NCBI GenBank assembly: GCA_951406725.2
Contig: OX597817.1
Coordinates: forward strand, 51,212,001-51,276,000
Length of the DNA: 64,000 nt
Direction of reading: 5' to 3'
Origin: Octopus vulgaris
Lineage: Eukaryota
Positions 11,272 through 25,225 of the stretch are shown here, one piece after another (the first letter of the stretch is position 1; each line of letters begins with the position of its first letter). The position numbers and the translations under genes are program-made. The notes under the pieces are model-generated. The model did no database searches. It saw only the letters and a list, made by a program, of their open reading frames with translations, and was not told the DNA's origin.

Positions 11272-12137
11272 TAATGCAATATAAAGTATTGCCTTCCAGT
11301 AAAAAGTAGCCCGTGAGGGAAAAATACACAAATTAGTAAATAAATGGCACAACTAAGTACCGATATTTACTGGAAATAGCGAACGTAAAAATACGACGCT
11401 AATGTGTAGCTTCACCGCGTATGTATTAGTAAAAATGCGTGTGTGCAACAAAATAGAGAAAAAAAACCGTCTTACCTGTCTTATCTTGCAAAACCCGAAA
11501 CCTGCAGGTACCACATTATCCATTTTCCGGGTGTTTCATCTTTCAGATGTTCTCCCTGGAGGTAAGACGTTTTTTTTCTCTATTTTGTTGCACACACGCA
11601 TTTTTACTAATACATACGCGGTGAAGCTACACATTAGCGTCGTATTTTTACGTTCGCTATTTCCAGTAAATATCGGTACTTAGTTGTGCCATTTATTTAC
11701 TAATTTGTGTATTTTTCCCTAACGGGCTACTTTTACTGGAAGGCAATACTTTGTATTGCATTACTGATATTTTGAAACTTCTTCACCGTTTCTCGTACTG
11801 TTAGCGTTCCGTATTTCAGTCGAGTGTGTTAGTATTTATGTGGTAACATCGTAGTTTCGTCTTGGTATATGTTTGGCTGAAGAAGGTAAAGCAAATATGG
11901 GTGAGAGACATATCTTGCAAAACCTGAAACCTGCAGGTACCACATTATCCATTTTCCGGGTGTTTCATCTTTCAGATGTTCCCTCTGGAAGTAAGACGGT
12001 TTTTTTTCTCTATTTTGTTGCACACACGCATTTTTACTAATACATACGCGGTGAAGCTACACATTAGCGTCGTATTTTTACGTTCGCTATTTCCAGTAAA
12101 TATCGGTACTTAGTTGTGCCATTTATTTACTAATTTG

Positions 12138-12138
<1 letters not shown>
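11265..12138 (+). mobile_element. Non-coding Penelope-pLTR/retrozyme-like element: inverted partial copy plus direct repeats of 429-bp period
   Basis: 11265-11476 is the reverse complement of 11561-11770; 11482-11708 repeats at 11911-12138; carries an HHR. Confidence 0.8.
11869..11946 (+). ncRNA. Type I hammerhead ribozyme motif
   Basis: TGG-CTGAAGA(11877-11883)-AGGT...ACCT-GAAA(11926-11929)-CCTGCAGG-TA|CCA; stems I, II and III all pair. Confidence 0.8.
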
Positions 12139-12170
<32 letters not shown>

Positions 12171-12631
12171 AAAATTCAGTGTTCGTTTGTCCGTTTTCCT
12201 GCCCTTTCATTAAGATGATAAAGATTACAAATAAAATGAAGTAGTCATTTTTCCCTTTAAGAGAAATAAAATCAAGTTGAAAATGTTGATTTGCGGCGGT
12301 CGTCGTCAGTCCATTTATCTTGCTTTATTTTTTTCTTCGGTTACTCATGTATACAACTTTCGGGTGCCAAGGACTGAAAGATAGAAATTCTCTCTAACTT
12401 TTTAATCACGTATACTTGATCTTGTTTTTGTTTGTCTTAAAGGGGAAAATTACTATTGTGAACAGGTCGCGGATTTTAGCGACGAAAATATTTTGACAAA
12501 TTAAACTTAAATGTTGAAGTGAATCAAACGGCTTTTGTGTGTTTCTTAAATGGCTTACAAACACCTTCCATGCTGCAATTGTGAAACATTAATCTTTCTC
12601 GTCTTAATCAAAAGCAGAAAAACAGAGAGAC

Positions 12632-13270
12632 TATTTCTTTATAGACGAAGGTCAGTTGCAATGGGAGGAGGTGAATCCCATAAAAAGGGGAAAACAATCA
12701 ACAAATAGTTTGTATCTTCTAATGAAGCTCTTATAAGAGTACTCAAATGCCACTGCAACATTAAAATCGTTGACTCAGTGAGGTCACTTAAGAATGTCAT
12801 CACAACACTGAAGAGAAATGTTCAAATAAACAATGATAATGAAATTAGTCAAAATATAAGGTGTCGGTGTATCGGACCATCCGAAAAACTGGCATCCATT
12901 TTAGGATTTTCATTTCATGAAAGGGCACCTGCAGTAATGAGATTTCAATTTCATCTACGAGATGAACAAAGAATATTGCTCAGAAATTATGAGAATATAT
13001 ATGGTTGTCAATGAACGACATATCAGAACAACATTGACAGAATTCTTTTCATTGTGCATCAATGATGACTTTGCAAAAACATTACTTTATGCTGGAGTAG
13101 CCATGTAGTTTCACTTGGAACAGTAGTAATAAAGAATTGCAAAGAAGAAAGCGAGAAAAATGCTGAAGGCCATTTGAACATTTTCAAAGAAGAAACACTT
13201 GGTCGGGTCTATTTTGTTATACCGAAGTCAGGAGAAATGTATTACGAATTTTATTGCATGAAGTTCGAAA
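12632..13270 (+). pseudogene. Helitron RepHel relic
   Basis: LYRRR...KCHCNIKIVDSVRSLK...NEISQNIRCRCIGPSE...ILGFSFHERAPAVMRFQFHL...LTEFFSLC..DDFAKTLLY...LGRVY follows the Helitron Rep-helicase linker; stops and frameshifts present. Confidence 0.8.
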
Positions 13271-13734
13271 CATATTTTTCCCTTTTGCCGCCGTGCATCG
13301 CCAATTTCAACTTAGAGTTGTTATGACCTGTTGGGTCTAATACTACAGATGACTAATTCTGTTTTAAAGACATTTACACAATCGATAACTCTCTACACCA
13401 GCATTGTATTATTGTATTTCTCACGACGAACGGAAATGTGACCCGTTTTTATTAGGTTATTTGAGACTGGACCACTATATCGACAGATTCTTTGCCTCAT
13501 ATCATATTCCGGATTAATTTCTTAGAAATTTACTATATTCAGTACAGAAATAACGGAGGATTCGTGAATCGTTAAGTTACAGGAGCGTAAACAAGCATAG
13601 ACTGGTTATCAAACGCTGATAAGTGGCGAACACAACACACACACACACACATACACACGCACACACACACATACACACGCACACACACACACACATACAC
13701 ACACACACACAAAAAACACACACACATATATATA

Positions 13735-14110
13735 TGGCACACCGTCGGTTACTACAACGAGGGTTCCCATTGATCCAATCAGCGGAACAGATCGCTCGTG
13801 AAATTAACGTGTAAGTTGCTGAGCACTCTACAGACACGCGTACCCTTAACGTAGTTCTCGGAGAGTTTCAGTGTGAAACAGAGTATGACAAAGCTGGCTC
13901 TCTGAAATACTGATAGGACAGAAACAGGAAGAAAGAAGGAGAGAAAGTTGAGGTGAAAGAGTACAGCAGGATTCCCCACCATCTCCTACCAAGGACTCGT
14001 GGAGCTTTAGGTGTTTTCGCTCAATAAACACTTACAACGCCCGGTCTGGGAGTCGAAACCCCGATCCCATGACTGCAAGTCCGCTGCCCTTACGACTGGG
14101 TCATTGCACC
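13735..14110 (-). mobile_element. SINE family D head with tail type 2
   Basis: Head matches 6261; tail matches 50495-50657. Confidence 0.85.
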
Positions 14111-14909
14111 TATATATATATATATATTTGCTATCAGTCGTCTAGCGAGAGGAAAAAATCTAGTCAATAGACTATATATATTTTGAAGAGATTGAATGAA
14201 ATGGTGATTGTGAAATTTCTTCTCAGCGGTTTGTAGAAAATTATGCAAAATTAACCTTTTTTTAATTGTGAATGATCGTTTATGAAAATGGATTTTCATT
14301 TCGTTGACTTGGCCCCACACACAAAATTAACTTACAAACAAAAGCGAAAACATATCGCAAACTAAAGTGAATCAGACAAATCTGTCAACACAGTTTATCG
14401 TTATCAATAAAGCGGGAGAAGATGAAAAAGATGAGAGAGATTTTCGGATCATTTCTGTCGACCCTAGACATTGTTTTTTTTTCGCTTTTCAAGATATAAT
14501 GTTTATATTCTTGTTGAAGTTCATTTTGTATTTTCTAAATGTTCCAAGCCACTCGTCAACTTTCCGAAAACAAACTTATGTGAGTGAGTCTGAGTATTTG
14601 ATCGATTGACACGGTTGACACATTTCATATTCAATTACTTGTTCTCATTCTGATAATACAAATCTCACTTTTAACTGGCTACGTCTGAAGTATGTCCTGA
14701 AATGGAATTAACAGGCATTGCCATGAATCCGAGACACGTAAATAACATTTGGCAACGTGATGCCAGCTATTGTAACGTCTGTCATTTTAATGGTTGTTGA
14801 CAATTACGCCTCCACGTTATTGTGCATAAATATTCCGTTCCTCTTATCACTAATCCTTTTAGCTGCGATACTGAGATGTGTGGAGAAGACGATATTTCAC
14901 TGACGAAAC

Positions 14910-15148
14910 GGCGGCGAGCTGGCAGAAACATTAGCACGCCGGGCGAAATGCTTTGTGGTATTTCGTCCGCCGCTGCGTTCTGAGTTGAAATTCCGCCGAG
15001 GTCGACTTTGCCTTTCATCCTTTCGGGGTCGATTAAATAAGTACCAGTTACGCACTGGAGTCGATATAATCGACTTGATCCGTTTGTTTGTCCTTGTTTG
15101 TCTTCTCTGTGTTTAGCCCCTTGTGGGTAGTAAAGAAATAGGTATTTC
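14910..15148 (+). mobile_element. SINE family A
   Basis: Full length; TSD TATTTCACTGACGA. Confidence 0.9.
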
Positions 15149-15439
15149 ACTGACGAGACCTGGTAAAACTGAAGCTGTGGCTCATGTTTGGCAGATGAGA
15201 TTAAACTTGTTTTAACCAAAGCGATTATATTCTAAAATTAAACACAATTATATTAATTAAAAGCATTTTCCCACTCTATTTAGCATAGCACCAGTAAATT
15301 GAATACACATACGCACACATACACACATGTACACACACACGAAACATTAAGTTGGAAACTTCTCGGCAAATTAGTCGCAAATGTCAATAAACAGAAACAT
15401 TCGCAAACTCCTCCTTAAGTTATTTATTTCGTTTCCATA

Positions 15440-15672
15440 GGTGGCGAGCTGGCAGAAACGTTAGCACGCCGGGCGAAATGCGTAGCCGTATTTCGTCTGC
15501 CGTTACATTCTGAGTTCAAATTCCACCGAGGTCGACTTTGCCTTTCATCTTTTCGGGGTCGATAATTTATGTACCAGTTACACACTGGGGTCGATGTAAT
15601 CAGCTTAATCCGTTTGTCTGTTCTTGTTTGTCCCCTCTGTGTTTAGCCCCTTGTGGGTAGTAAAGAAATAGT
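15440..15672 (+). mobile_element. SINE family A
   Basis: Full length; TSD TTATTTATTTCGTTTC. Confidence 0.9.
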
Positions 15673-15972
15673 TATTTATTTCGTTTCTATTTCTGTTACT
15701 AATTGGTTGTTTTTAAACCTGAAAATGTGCATGTCTTTCTAAAGTAGTTCCTATGGCAATAGTTACCTTATCAAGTGTAATGGCTTCAACTCCCTCGAGG
15801 GCAGATTAGATACGAATGTCTTTATACAATCAAGCAAACACTGGCAAAGTTTCTAGAATAGTTTTGTATTTGATATACCAGAGTTTTAGTTATTAGAATC
15901 TTTTTTTTATTGGGACTGACCTCGCTATCTCTTTTTACATTTGCCTGCTCATCAGTCTTGCATGTGAGTGAT

Positions 15973-16265
15973 GGTGCGTGACCTCGTGATTACGATATTC
16001 GGCTCACAATCGTAAGATCAAAAGTCGATACCTGGCGGTGCGCTGTCCTTGAGCAAGACACTTATTTCAAATTATTCCACTCCACTGAGCTGGCAAAACC
16101 CAGAAGCACCTATATTTGGTAACTCCAGCCTTGTCACATTCTTTGTCACGTTGGCTTTCCCTGAGAACCAGCTTAAGAGTACGCGAGTTTTTAGAGTGAT
16201 CAGACCTTTGTATTTGAATTCCACGCGCAATCTGTTCTGTTGAAATCGCGTTGTCGTAACCGATA
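15973..16265 (+). mobile_element. Old SINE family B with tail type 2
   Basis: Diverged end-to-end match to 50342-50657. Confidence 0.75.
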
Positions 16266-16780
16266 GAGTGCCATATTATTGGATACGTAAGGTCGGACAT
16301 AGTTAATTCGAAACTGCTTCTGTACGGTATGAAAATATTTAGGGAATGAATGGACCCAGAGTTTTTTTCGGTTGGTTTGTTTGTTTATTTTGCCATGTCA
16401 ATTTCATCATTCATGGCGACACAATCTCTCTGTACCTCGTCAAACCAAGCTACAATGTTAACCTGACATTCCATAGTTATTTGAGAAATATATTATTGAT
16501 TTCCCGTAGAAGTCCAACAATCTGTAAACGTATTTATCTATTATCACCATACTGGTGCTTTCCTTTTACCCAAGATTCTCACAACTGCGCAAAAAAAATG
16601 TTATGAAAGTTTGAAAGCAGATTTTGTTTTACTGTTGATGTCGGTACATTTTCCTCCTTGTATCGATTACAAAACCTTTTGTCTGATGAAGGAAATCCGT
16701 AACTAAACTTTTCCATTCATTCCATATCTCAGATCAAAAGGAGTGAAAGCTTCGTCGAGAAAATTCTCTTTTCGCAAAGA

Positions 16781-16877
16781 TATTTTTCTATATCCTCATA
16801 GCCCCCTGTGTTATATTTTTCTATATCTTCATAGCTCCATGTGTTATATTTTTCTATATTCTCATAGCCCCATGTAT
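16781..16877. repeat. 33-bp minisatellite, about 3 copies
   Basis: TATTTTTCTATATCCTCATAGCCCCCTGTGTTA repeated with substitutions. Confidence 0.85.
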
Positions 16878-17598
16878 TGTTCATTTAATGTTTATATTTC
16901 ATGTTTTGAAGTTATCAATTTCCTCCCAAGATTTTGGTTATAGAGGTGCTCCATCATGGCCGCAGTCAAATTACAGTCACAGAATAAAACAGTAGAACAT
17001 TTTCTGTTTATAGTTATTCTTGTCAGAACGGTTTGATATGAGGGAGATTTGCCTGCTAATTCTACCAGATCGAGCAAACTCATTGACGATCTTTCTTTGA
17101 ATAGTCTCAGTTGGGGGTGAATTTGAAATTCAATTCTAACTGAATTCACATTCAGATCTCTCTGTCACGTAATGAATCATGTATTATTGATTAGAATTCG
17201 ATTTTAGATTTTAGCATTAATTAGGATATCTTTCGAGCGAGTAACCCCTCCATCACATAGTGGCCTTCCGTGAGAGGATTTAATGACGAACATCTTATCT
17301 ACGCTGAAGCATCCACTCAATTCATTTGAATGGATGTTACTAATAATTGATTTATGTTACTTAAAATTTAATCCAAAGCAGATGTAAGGTATATGTTATC
17401 CTCAAATAGTGATATCTAAGGATTACATTTCATTGGGAACAGATTTTATAACATAAGGATCTGCACTAAAATATTTTGTTTAATTAAACAAAAGTGCATC
17501 TTCAATATGTAGATACGCACACATACACACACACGCGCGCACTTGTATGCGTGTGTATTGTATGATATATATCTTATATATCGGTATATATGCATATA

Positions 17599-17641
<43 letters not shown>

Positions 17642-17771
17642 TCTCTCTCACTCCCTCTCTCTAAGTATGTTTATATATATATATATATGCATCTCTCTCA
17701 CTCCCTCTCTCTAAGTATGTTTATATATATATATACACATCTCTCTCACTCCCTCACTCTATGTATATATA

Positions 17772-17948
17772 TTTTTTTATATCTAGTTTCAGCTCAGGGT
17801 TTGTGGCCATGCTTGGGTACCACCGTCATTGCCAATTTAACAACATGCACATGAAAGGATGCATCATAACTCATGTAAATGCCCAGGTCTCTCACTGACT
17901 TTGCCTCTGGGATTGCAATCCCTCCAGGTCCAGTGTATTTAATGGGTA
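17772..17948 (-). mobile_element. Internally deleted relative of the 2.6-4.3 kb LINE
   Basis: YTGPGGIAIPEAKSVRDLGIYMSYDASF matches YTGPGGIEIPVSKSIRDLGIDMSDDASF; joined directly to the 3' tail motif. Confidence 0.85.
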
Positions 17949-18250
17949 TTCTTTGGAGCTTGGATGATCCACCTCTGGAAATACGAGTGTTTCGTTCAAC
18001 ATATTTAAACAACCCTTATTCAGAGACCTTTTGAGATGGATGGGCTACTAGATTTGAAAGAAACTGTAATTGGGCCCTAACTGCATTGATATGAGACAAC
18101 CATATCGCGCACATATGGTTGTGACGCATGTCACTCGTTTACCGTTATCAGACGGGTTGTCATGATAGGTATACTGGGTTTCGTATATTTTACCCCAGTA
18201 TCACTTTGATGGCATGCGCTTCTCTCTCACTCAATAATAACAATAATAAT

Positions 18251-18565
18251 AAACTCCCAAATTGCAAAGATTTAAAAATAGAGGTAACTCGAATGTGGAG
18301 TATATAAACAGTAACAACTCCATATAAAAGTAGGTGCATTAGGTATGATTAAAAACCATTCAGACAAATACATATCCAAAATACCAGGACATACAAATGT
18401 GTATAACATACAGAAAATAGCACCACTAGGAACTGCACGGATCCTACATAAAGTATTCTCAATACACTGAAAATAAGAGCATCACAAGAAACCACAGCAC
18501 ATTCCCAAGGCACACAGAGCTGCGCTCCGTAGTGCAGTGAAAGCACGTGATAAAAATAAGGCGAT

Positions 18566-18646
<81 letters not shown>
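18251..18646 (+). mobile_element. R4/Dong-like non-LTR retrotransposon 3' end with (TAA)n
   Basis: KDLKIEVTRMW...VGALGMIK...IQKIAPLGTARILHKVF*; homologous to 5056-5280; TAA repeats on both sides. Confidence 0.82.
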
Positions 18647-18647
<1 letters not shown>

Positions 18648-18649
<2 letters not shown>

Positions 18650-18995
18650 TCTTTTATTTGCTTCAGTCATTTGACTGCGGCCATGCTGGATGACCGCCTT
18701 TAGTCGAACCAATCCATGCCAGGGCTTATTCTTTGGAAGCCTAGTAATTATTCTATCGTTTTTTAAGCCGATGTTGGAGAGACAAACAGAGACCAGAAAC
18801 AAACAAACACACACACACACACACATATATACTACAAGCTTCTTTCAGTTTCCGTCTAGCAAATCCACGCACAAGGCTTTGGTCGGCCCAAGGCTATAGT
18901 AGAAGACACTTGCTCAAGGTACCATGCAGTGGGACTGAACCCGGAACCATGTGATTCGTTAGCAAGCTACTTATCACACAGCTACCCCTGCGCCT
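18648..18995 (-). mobile_element. SINE family C with internal deletion
   Basis: Reverse match to the family C head and tail. Confidence 0.85.
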
Positions 18996-18997
18996 AT

Positions 18998-19054
<57 letters not shown>

Positions 19055-19109
19055 TCAGGGTGAATACTTGATAAGTGTAAGCACCTGTATATGCCAGCTA
19101 GTAGCAGAG

Positions 19110-19686
<577 letters not shown>

Positions 19687-20959
19687 AGGTACATTATTTT
19701 GGGGAGAGATTTAAAATATTTCCGTTCCAGAACTGAATGCGTCAGTAAAATGGTGATGGTGCCCTTCCGTTCAAATCAAAACACGTTATTTGCTCTGTGT
19801 ATGGGTGTGTGAGTATGTCGATAAAATTGCACTCGTGTTGTGAATGTGCTTGCTACTTTCTATGCTTGTCATATGATGTGTGTGTTTGTGCCAACTGGAT
19901 AACATACATCGTGTCAGGCAGGCTTGCACTCAACCGACATGCAAATACAATAATACAATTTTAAATTGTGTGTTTGTTTACGTGTATATGTGTGTGTTTT
20001 TGTGTTTGTGTGTGTGAGTGTGTGAGAATGTGTGCCTATGTATGTGTGTGCACGCATGCGTATAAATACATGCATGTACACAGGTAAACACACAACCGCT
20101 TTATACGGCAACATATGCTCCAGTATGCAGTGTCGTCTTTCAAACAATCTTTCAAAATCGCATGCAAAAAGTATTCGCTTTCTTCCCCCCTCTCTCTCCC
20201 TCTACCCTTATATATTATAAACACCAACACGAACATACCCCGGCACTCACACCCGGTACACGCACACATGACGGGCAAATGAAACGCCCATACGATCTTA
20301 TTTGTATTAAACGTTTAACTTCAAATGCGACAGATGTCAAGGAAAATGCGAAACATGCTACGACTTTAACTCACTCAAATGTCACACGCCATTATTATCG
20401 ATTGTCAGTTTTATATTCAAAATTGATTGATTTTCTGGGACAAGTGGAATTTTAGTTTCCTTCTTTTATTCAAATAGAATTTTTCTAGGAATGACATGCA
20501 GAAAGAAAGAAATACGATAATGTACACATATAGTACGCGTTGTATTCGCAGATGTGAAAATTTGATAAAACATGCTTTGTCATTGTTGTTGTTGTTATTA
20601 TTATTATTATTATTATTATAGGGGATGAGGAAGGAGAAGCAGGGGTAGGGGATGAGGGAGGAAGGAAGAGGAGGAGAAAGTAGTAGTAGTAGTAGAAGAA
20701 GAAGAAGAAGAAGAAGAAGAAGAAGAAGAATAAGAAGAAGAAGAAGAAGAAGAAGCTGATGGTGTCTCTCATCCTCCCAGTAAATTTCATCCCACCACCT
20801 CCACCATCCACCTCATACAAGTTAATATAGTTTTTGTTTGAAGCGGTGTTGCCCCAGCATGGCCGCGGCCTTCGGGCTAAAACATTTTAAGGATTTTAAG
20901 TTCATATCATATTATGAATTTTATTCCCTTACAGATTTCCTTTTAAGTGGCACAGGCCT

Positions 20960-21300
20960 GACAACTTGGGCAAGTGACTTCTATCACTGCCTTAGGCCGG
21001 ACAAAGCATTGTGAGCGAATTTAGTAGACGGAAACTGAAGGAAACCCGTTATACATATATATGTGTATGTGTGTGTACTTGCGTGTGTGTATGTTTTTTG
21101 TCACCTAGTATTGCTTGACATCCATTGTCAGTGTGATTAGGTCCCGTAATCTAGCATTTGTACAAAAGAGAACGATAGAATAAGTAGCAAGCTTTAAGGA
21201 AAATAAAAGTACTGCGATCGAATGATTGGATTAAAAACTCTCCAAGGTGGTTCTCCAGCATGGCCACAGTCTAATAACTAAAACATGTAATAGAAATTAA
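20960..21300 (+). mobile_element. Old, 5'-truncated SINE family C
   Basis: Diverged match including the CTCCAGCATGGCCACAGTC tail. Confidence 0.75.
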
Positions 21301-21447
21301 AGAAAGAAAGAAATATTGTACTGCGTAACTTTAGAATGCAGCCACGTTCCTTGTTTTATTATTGTTTTGTTTTTGTTTCACCAAAGAAAAAATTTAAATT
21401 CCGTCAGATCGCATTCTCGCTTTACAACACCAAAAGTAATATGTCCG

Positions 21448-22713
21448 AAGTTCTGTCCGAATTTTGAATAAAGTAAACAAGTGATCAAATGTTATATTTA
21501 ATTGAAACTTAATCATCAATGTACTTTCCCTGATTATCTATGACTTCCTTCCATCTATTTACAAGTTTTTTAATCTCCTCAATGTAAAAATCTTGGTTTC
21601 AAAGCGAAGAACTCTGAAATGTCAGTTTCGACCTCCTCCGGGCTTGCGAAAGTTATGTCCCTTAAATGATTCTGTAAACTACGAAACAAATGCTAGTCTG
21701 AAGGAGCAAGGTCGGGAGAATAAGGTGGATGAAGAATTTTTCCCACTCAAGCTCTTCGATCTTCTGTGATGTGATCTTTACAGTGTGAAGTCGCGCATTG
21801 TCCTGATGAAATATCACTCCTTTTCGATTCAATAAAGCGGGTCTTTTTTTCTTCAAAGCTCAAACGCTCTAATTGTTGACAGTATACTTGAGCATTGATT
21901 GTTGCATTATGTGGAAACAAATTAAAGTGAATTATTCCTTTGCAATCCCACCAGATAGAGAGAAGAACCTTTTTCCCATGAAGTTCCCTTCTCGGTTGTG
22001 GTTAAGCTTTTTCCCTTTACCAAGCCAATGTTTACGACGTTTAACATTTCGATAGAAGATCGATTTTTTGTCACCTGTCACAAATCTATCCAAAAAGGGT
22101 GAAATGAGTTCGCGAGAATGGAGAGACGAGCAGATGTCAACTCGGGATTTGTGTTTGCTTTCGGACAATTCATGAGGCACCCATTTTCCAAGTTTAGAAA
22201 CCTTTCCAAGTTGTTGAAGATGACGATGAACAGTTGTATGGTTTGAACTAAGCTTTATTGCCAATTCTTCAACTGATAATGCAGGATTTTCTTCAAGTAA
22301 TGCCTCAAGGAGCTTATCATCAAACTCAACTGGACGTCCTGTTCGATCTTCATCTTCAAGGCTGAAATCTCCACTTCTGAATTTTGCAAACCATCTTCTG
22401 CAAGATCTTTCTCTAAGCATTATTTCCCATAAACTGAGTGTTTGTTTCGAGTCGCTTCGGCTACAGAGTTTCCTTTTTTGTACTCATAAAGCATTATGTG
22501 CCTCAATTGCTCTTTGGATACTTCCATGTTAGAAAAGGTTTTAATCAAAGAAATTTTAATTCTATTATTCTGTAAAATAATATTTAATTAGTTTAACTGT
22601 ACACAAATGCATAAACATAATTTTGGATTCGATTAGACATTCTAAAATACTATTAAATTTCATTCAATTTAAAAAAAAAGATAAAATCGGACAGAACTTA
22701 TGGGATGACCTGA
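21448..22713 (-). mobile_element. Near full-length defective mariner
   Basis: TIR AAAATCGGACAGAACTTATGGGATGACCTGA-TA at right; partial AAGTTCTGTCCGAATTTT at left; about 1.27 kb. Confidence 0.92.
21500..22527 (-). pseudogene. Mariner DD34D transposase pseudogene
   Basis: MEVSKEQLRHIMLYE start, WFAKFRSGDFSLED, WVPHEL, TGD, HQDNA and YSPDLAPSD motifs spread over several frames. Confidence 0.92.
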
Positions 22714-23457
22714 TAATAAGATAAATTTTGAGTTACGACATTTCGCGTTTGGGAATGCAATACCTCCGTAACTCGAGAGATTCTTGTATTCACTTATTGT
22801 AAGTATATGGCTTCCATTCACATCACACACAGAGACACACACAAACAAAACACACACACATACATGGAGACATACACAGACACAGATACACACACATACA
22901 CTCAAACACATGTACACTTACATTAATGCATGCACTTTGACACGCACCTACCTAGCTGTCTCTGTCACAAACACACACACATACACCCGCACAGGTACGC
23001 ATTAATTTTCGCTCTCTCTTCCTAAACACACACCCACTTAAATCACAGCGACATCAATAATTAAAAGGTTGGTGCGGGTATTAAAAGTAGCTTGCTGCGA
23101 AACCACCCATTCCGTTTCATATTAAAATAACTTTGTTCGTGTTATATAATTATTAACTATCAACGGTCGATCAAATATTCAGATATTCTATACAAATATT
23201 TATTATTATTTCCACCGATATCCCTATCACTGCACAAATATGTCACTGATCTTGTGAAACATTATAACCGCCAATAACAATTTCTGTTCCCTTGTGGCCA
23301 GTAAAATGTTTTCATTATCTACGCATCTTAAAGTTACAAATTTTTGCCCAAGAGACAGCTAACATCAGCCCAGTTTTTGTTCCTGACTGTAGAAAATCCT
23401 AGTCATTAATGCAGCTTATATATTTAGTGTAAAATATCTAGAGTATACATACATTAT

Positions 23458-23488
<31 letters not shown>

Positions 23489-23491
<3 letters not shown>

Positions 23492-23900
23492 CGTAGGAGT
23501 GGCTGTGTGGTAAGTAGTTTGCTTAACAACTACATGGTTCCGGGTTCAGTCCCACTGCGTAGCACCTTGGGCATGTGTCTTCAGCTATAGCCACGGGCCG
23601 ACCAAAGCCTTGTGAGTGGATTTGGTAGACGGAAACTGAAAGAAGCCCGTCGCCTATATGTAAATATATATATATTTATGTATGTATGTATGTTTGTGTG
23701 TCTATGTTTGTTCCCCATACATCGCATTACAGCAGATGCTGGTGTGTTTACGTCCCCGTAACTTAGCGGTTCGGCAAAAAAGACCGATAGAATAAGTACT
23801 AGGCTTACAAAAAATAAGTCCTGGGTTTGATTCGCTCGAGTAAAGGTTGTGCTCCAGCATGGCCACAGTCAACTGACTGAAACAAGTAAAAGGATAAAAG
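23489..23900 (+). mobile_element. SINE family C
   Basis: Full length, directly after (TA)n. Confidence 0.9.
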
Positions 23901-24854
23901 CGTATATGTGTGTGTGTTTGTGTGCGCGTGTGTGTGTGTGTGTTATAATTTAGAACAAACAGTAAAAGGTTGTCATTATAGTACTCGGTGTTTCGAATGT
24001 CAGAGCGGAGAGCTACGATATATTCTCGTCTGCTATTAATGGGAAGAGACGCTATGAAAAACCTTTAAATAAAAGGGAAGCTACTCTAATAGGTAGAGAA
24101 ACAAAACGGAAAAAAAGACGAAAAATTGACGCAATCATATTCTCACAATACATAGACATATACCTCCTGGTTGCGTGTACTTTTTATCCCCTTTCCCCTC
24201 TATGTCTCTACCCGTTAGAGTAACTTTGTGTGTGTGTGTGTGTGTGCGTACTGAAAACAACTTTTCCCAACGTGGCTGATGGTAGTAGTGAAAAATAAAA
24301 GAAGAACGAAGGAAAATGCACGCGATATATATTTATATATTCATGAGCAACACATTTATATAGTACACCGGTTTCGCTCTTGCCAATCATAACTAAGACA
24401 TTAGTGATTATATCACAACTTCGTGCTATCGTAAAGGGCTTCCCATTCATGTTAGCTGGAGGATAAATACGTATATGTTAGGACGTATGAGATGATAAAT
24501 ACGTAAAAGTTAGGACGTATGAGAGTTGAATATATTTATTAGAATCACCGCCATCCTTAGTGTTAGAATCGTTTCCCAACCTTCATCATGTAATATTAAT
24601 TTCAGTGTGTAATAAAGTATGTTAACATGGGAAATCAAAGTCTCACCTACATAGAAACTCATACATATAGACATTATCATACTAAATAATGCACAATCAC
24701 ATCCACAAATCTGCATATACTTGTAACCATTAAAAACACACAGGCGACATAGAAACAAACGTTTACACACACACAAACATATACGCATATGTATGCACAT
24801 ATGTATAGACACAAGCACACATATAAATATATATAACCACGCATATAAATATCT

Positions 24855-25096
<242 letters not shown>

Positions 25097-25162
25097 TAAT
25101 TTTACTCTGCTATGTATTGAGTACCTTATTTACTGTTGTTAACCCCGAATCAACCCGTGACC

Positions 25163-25214
<52 letters not shown>

Positions 25215-25225
<11 letters not shown>

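Noticed and set aside
16680-16710. CTGATGAAGGAAATCCGTAAC as another HHR
   Set aside because: GAAA is mutated and stems I and III cannot be formed; at most a decayed relic.
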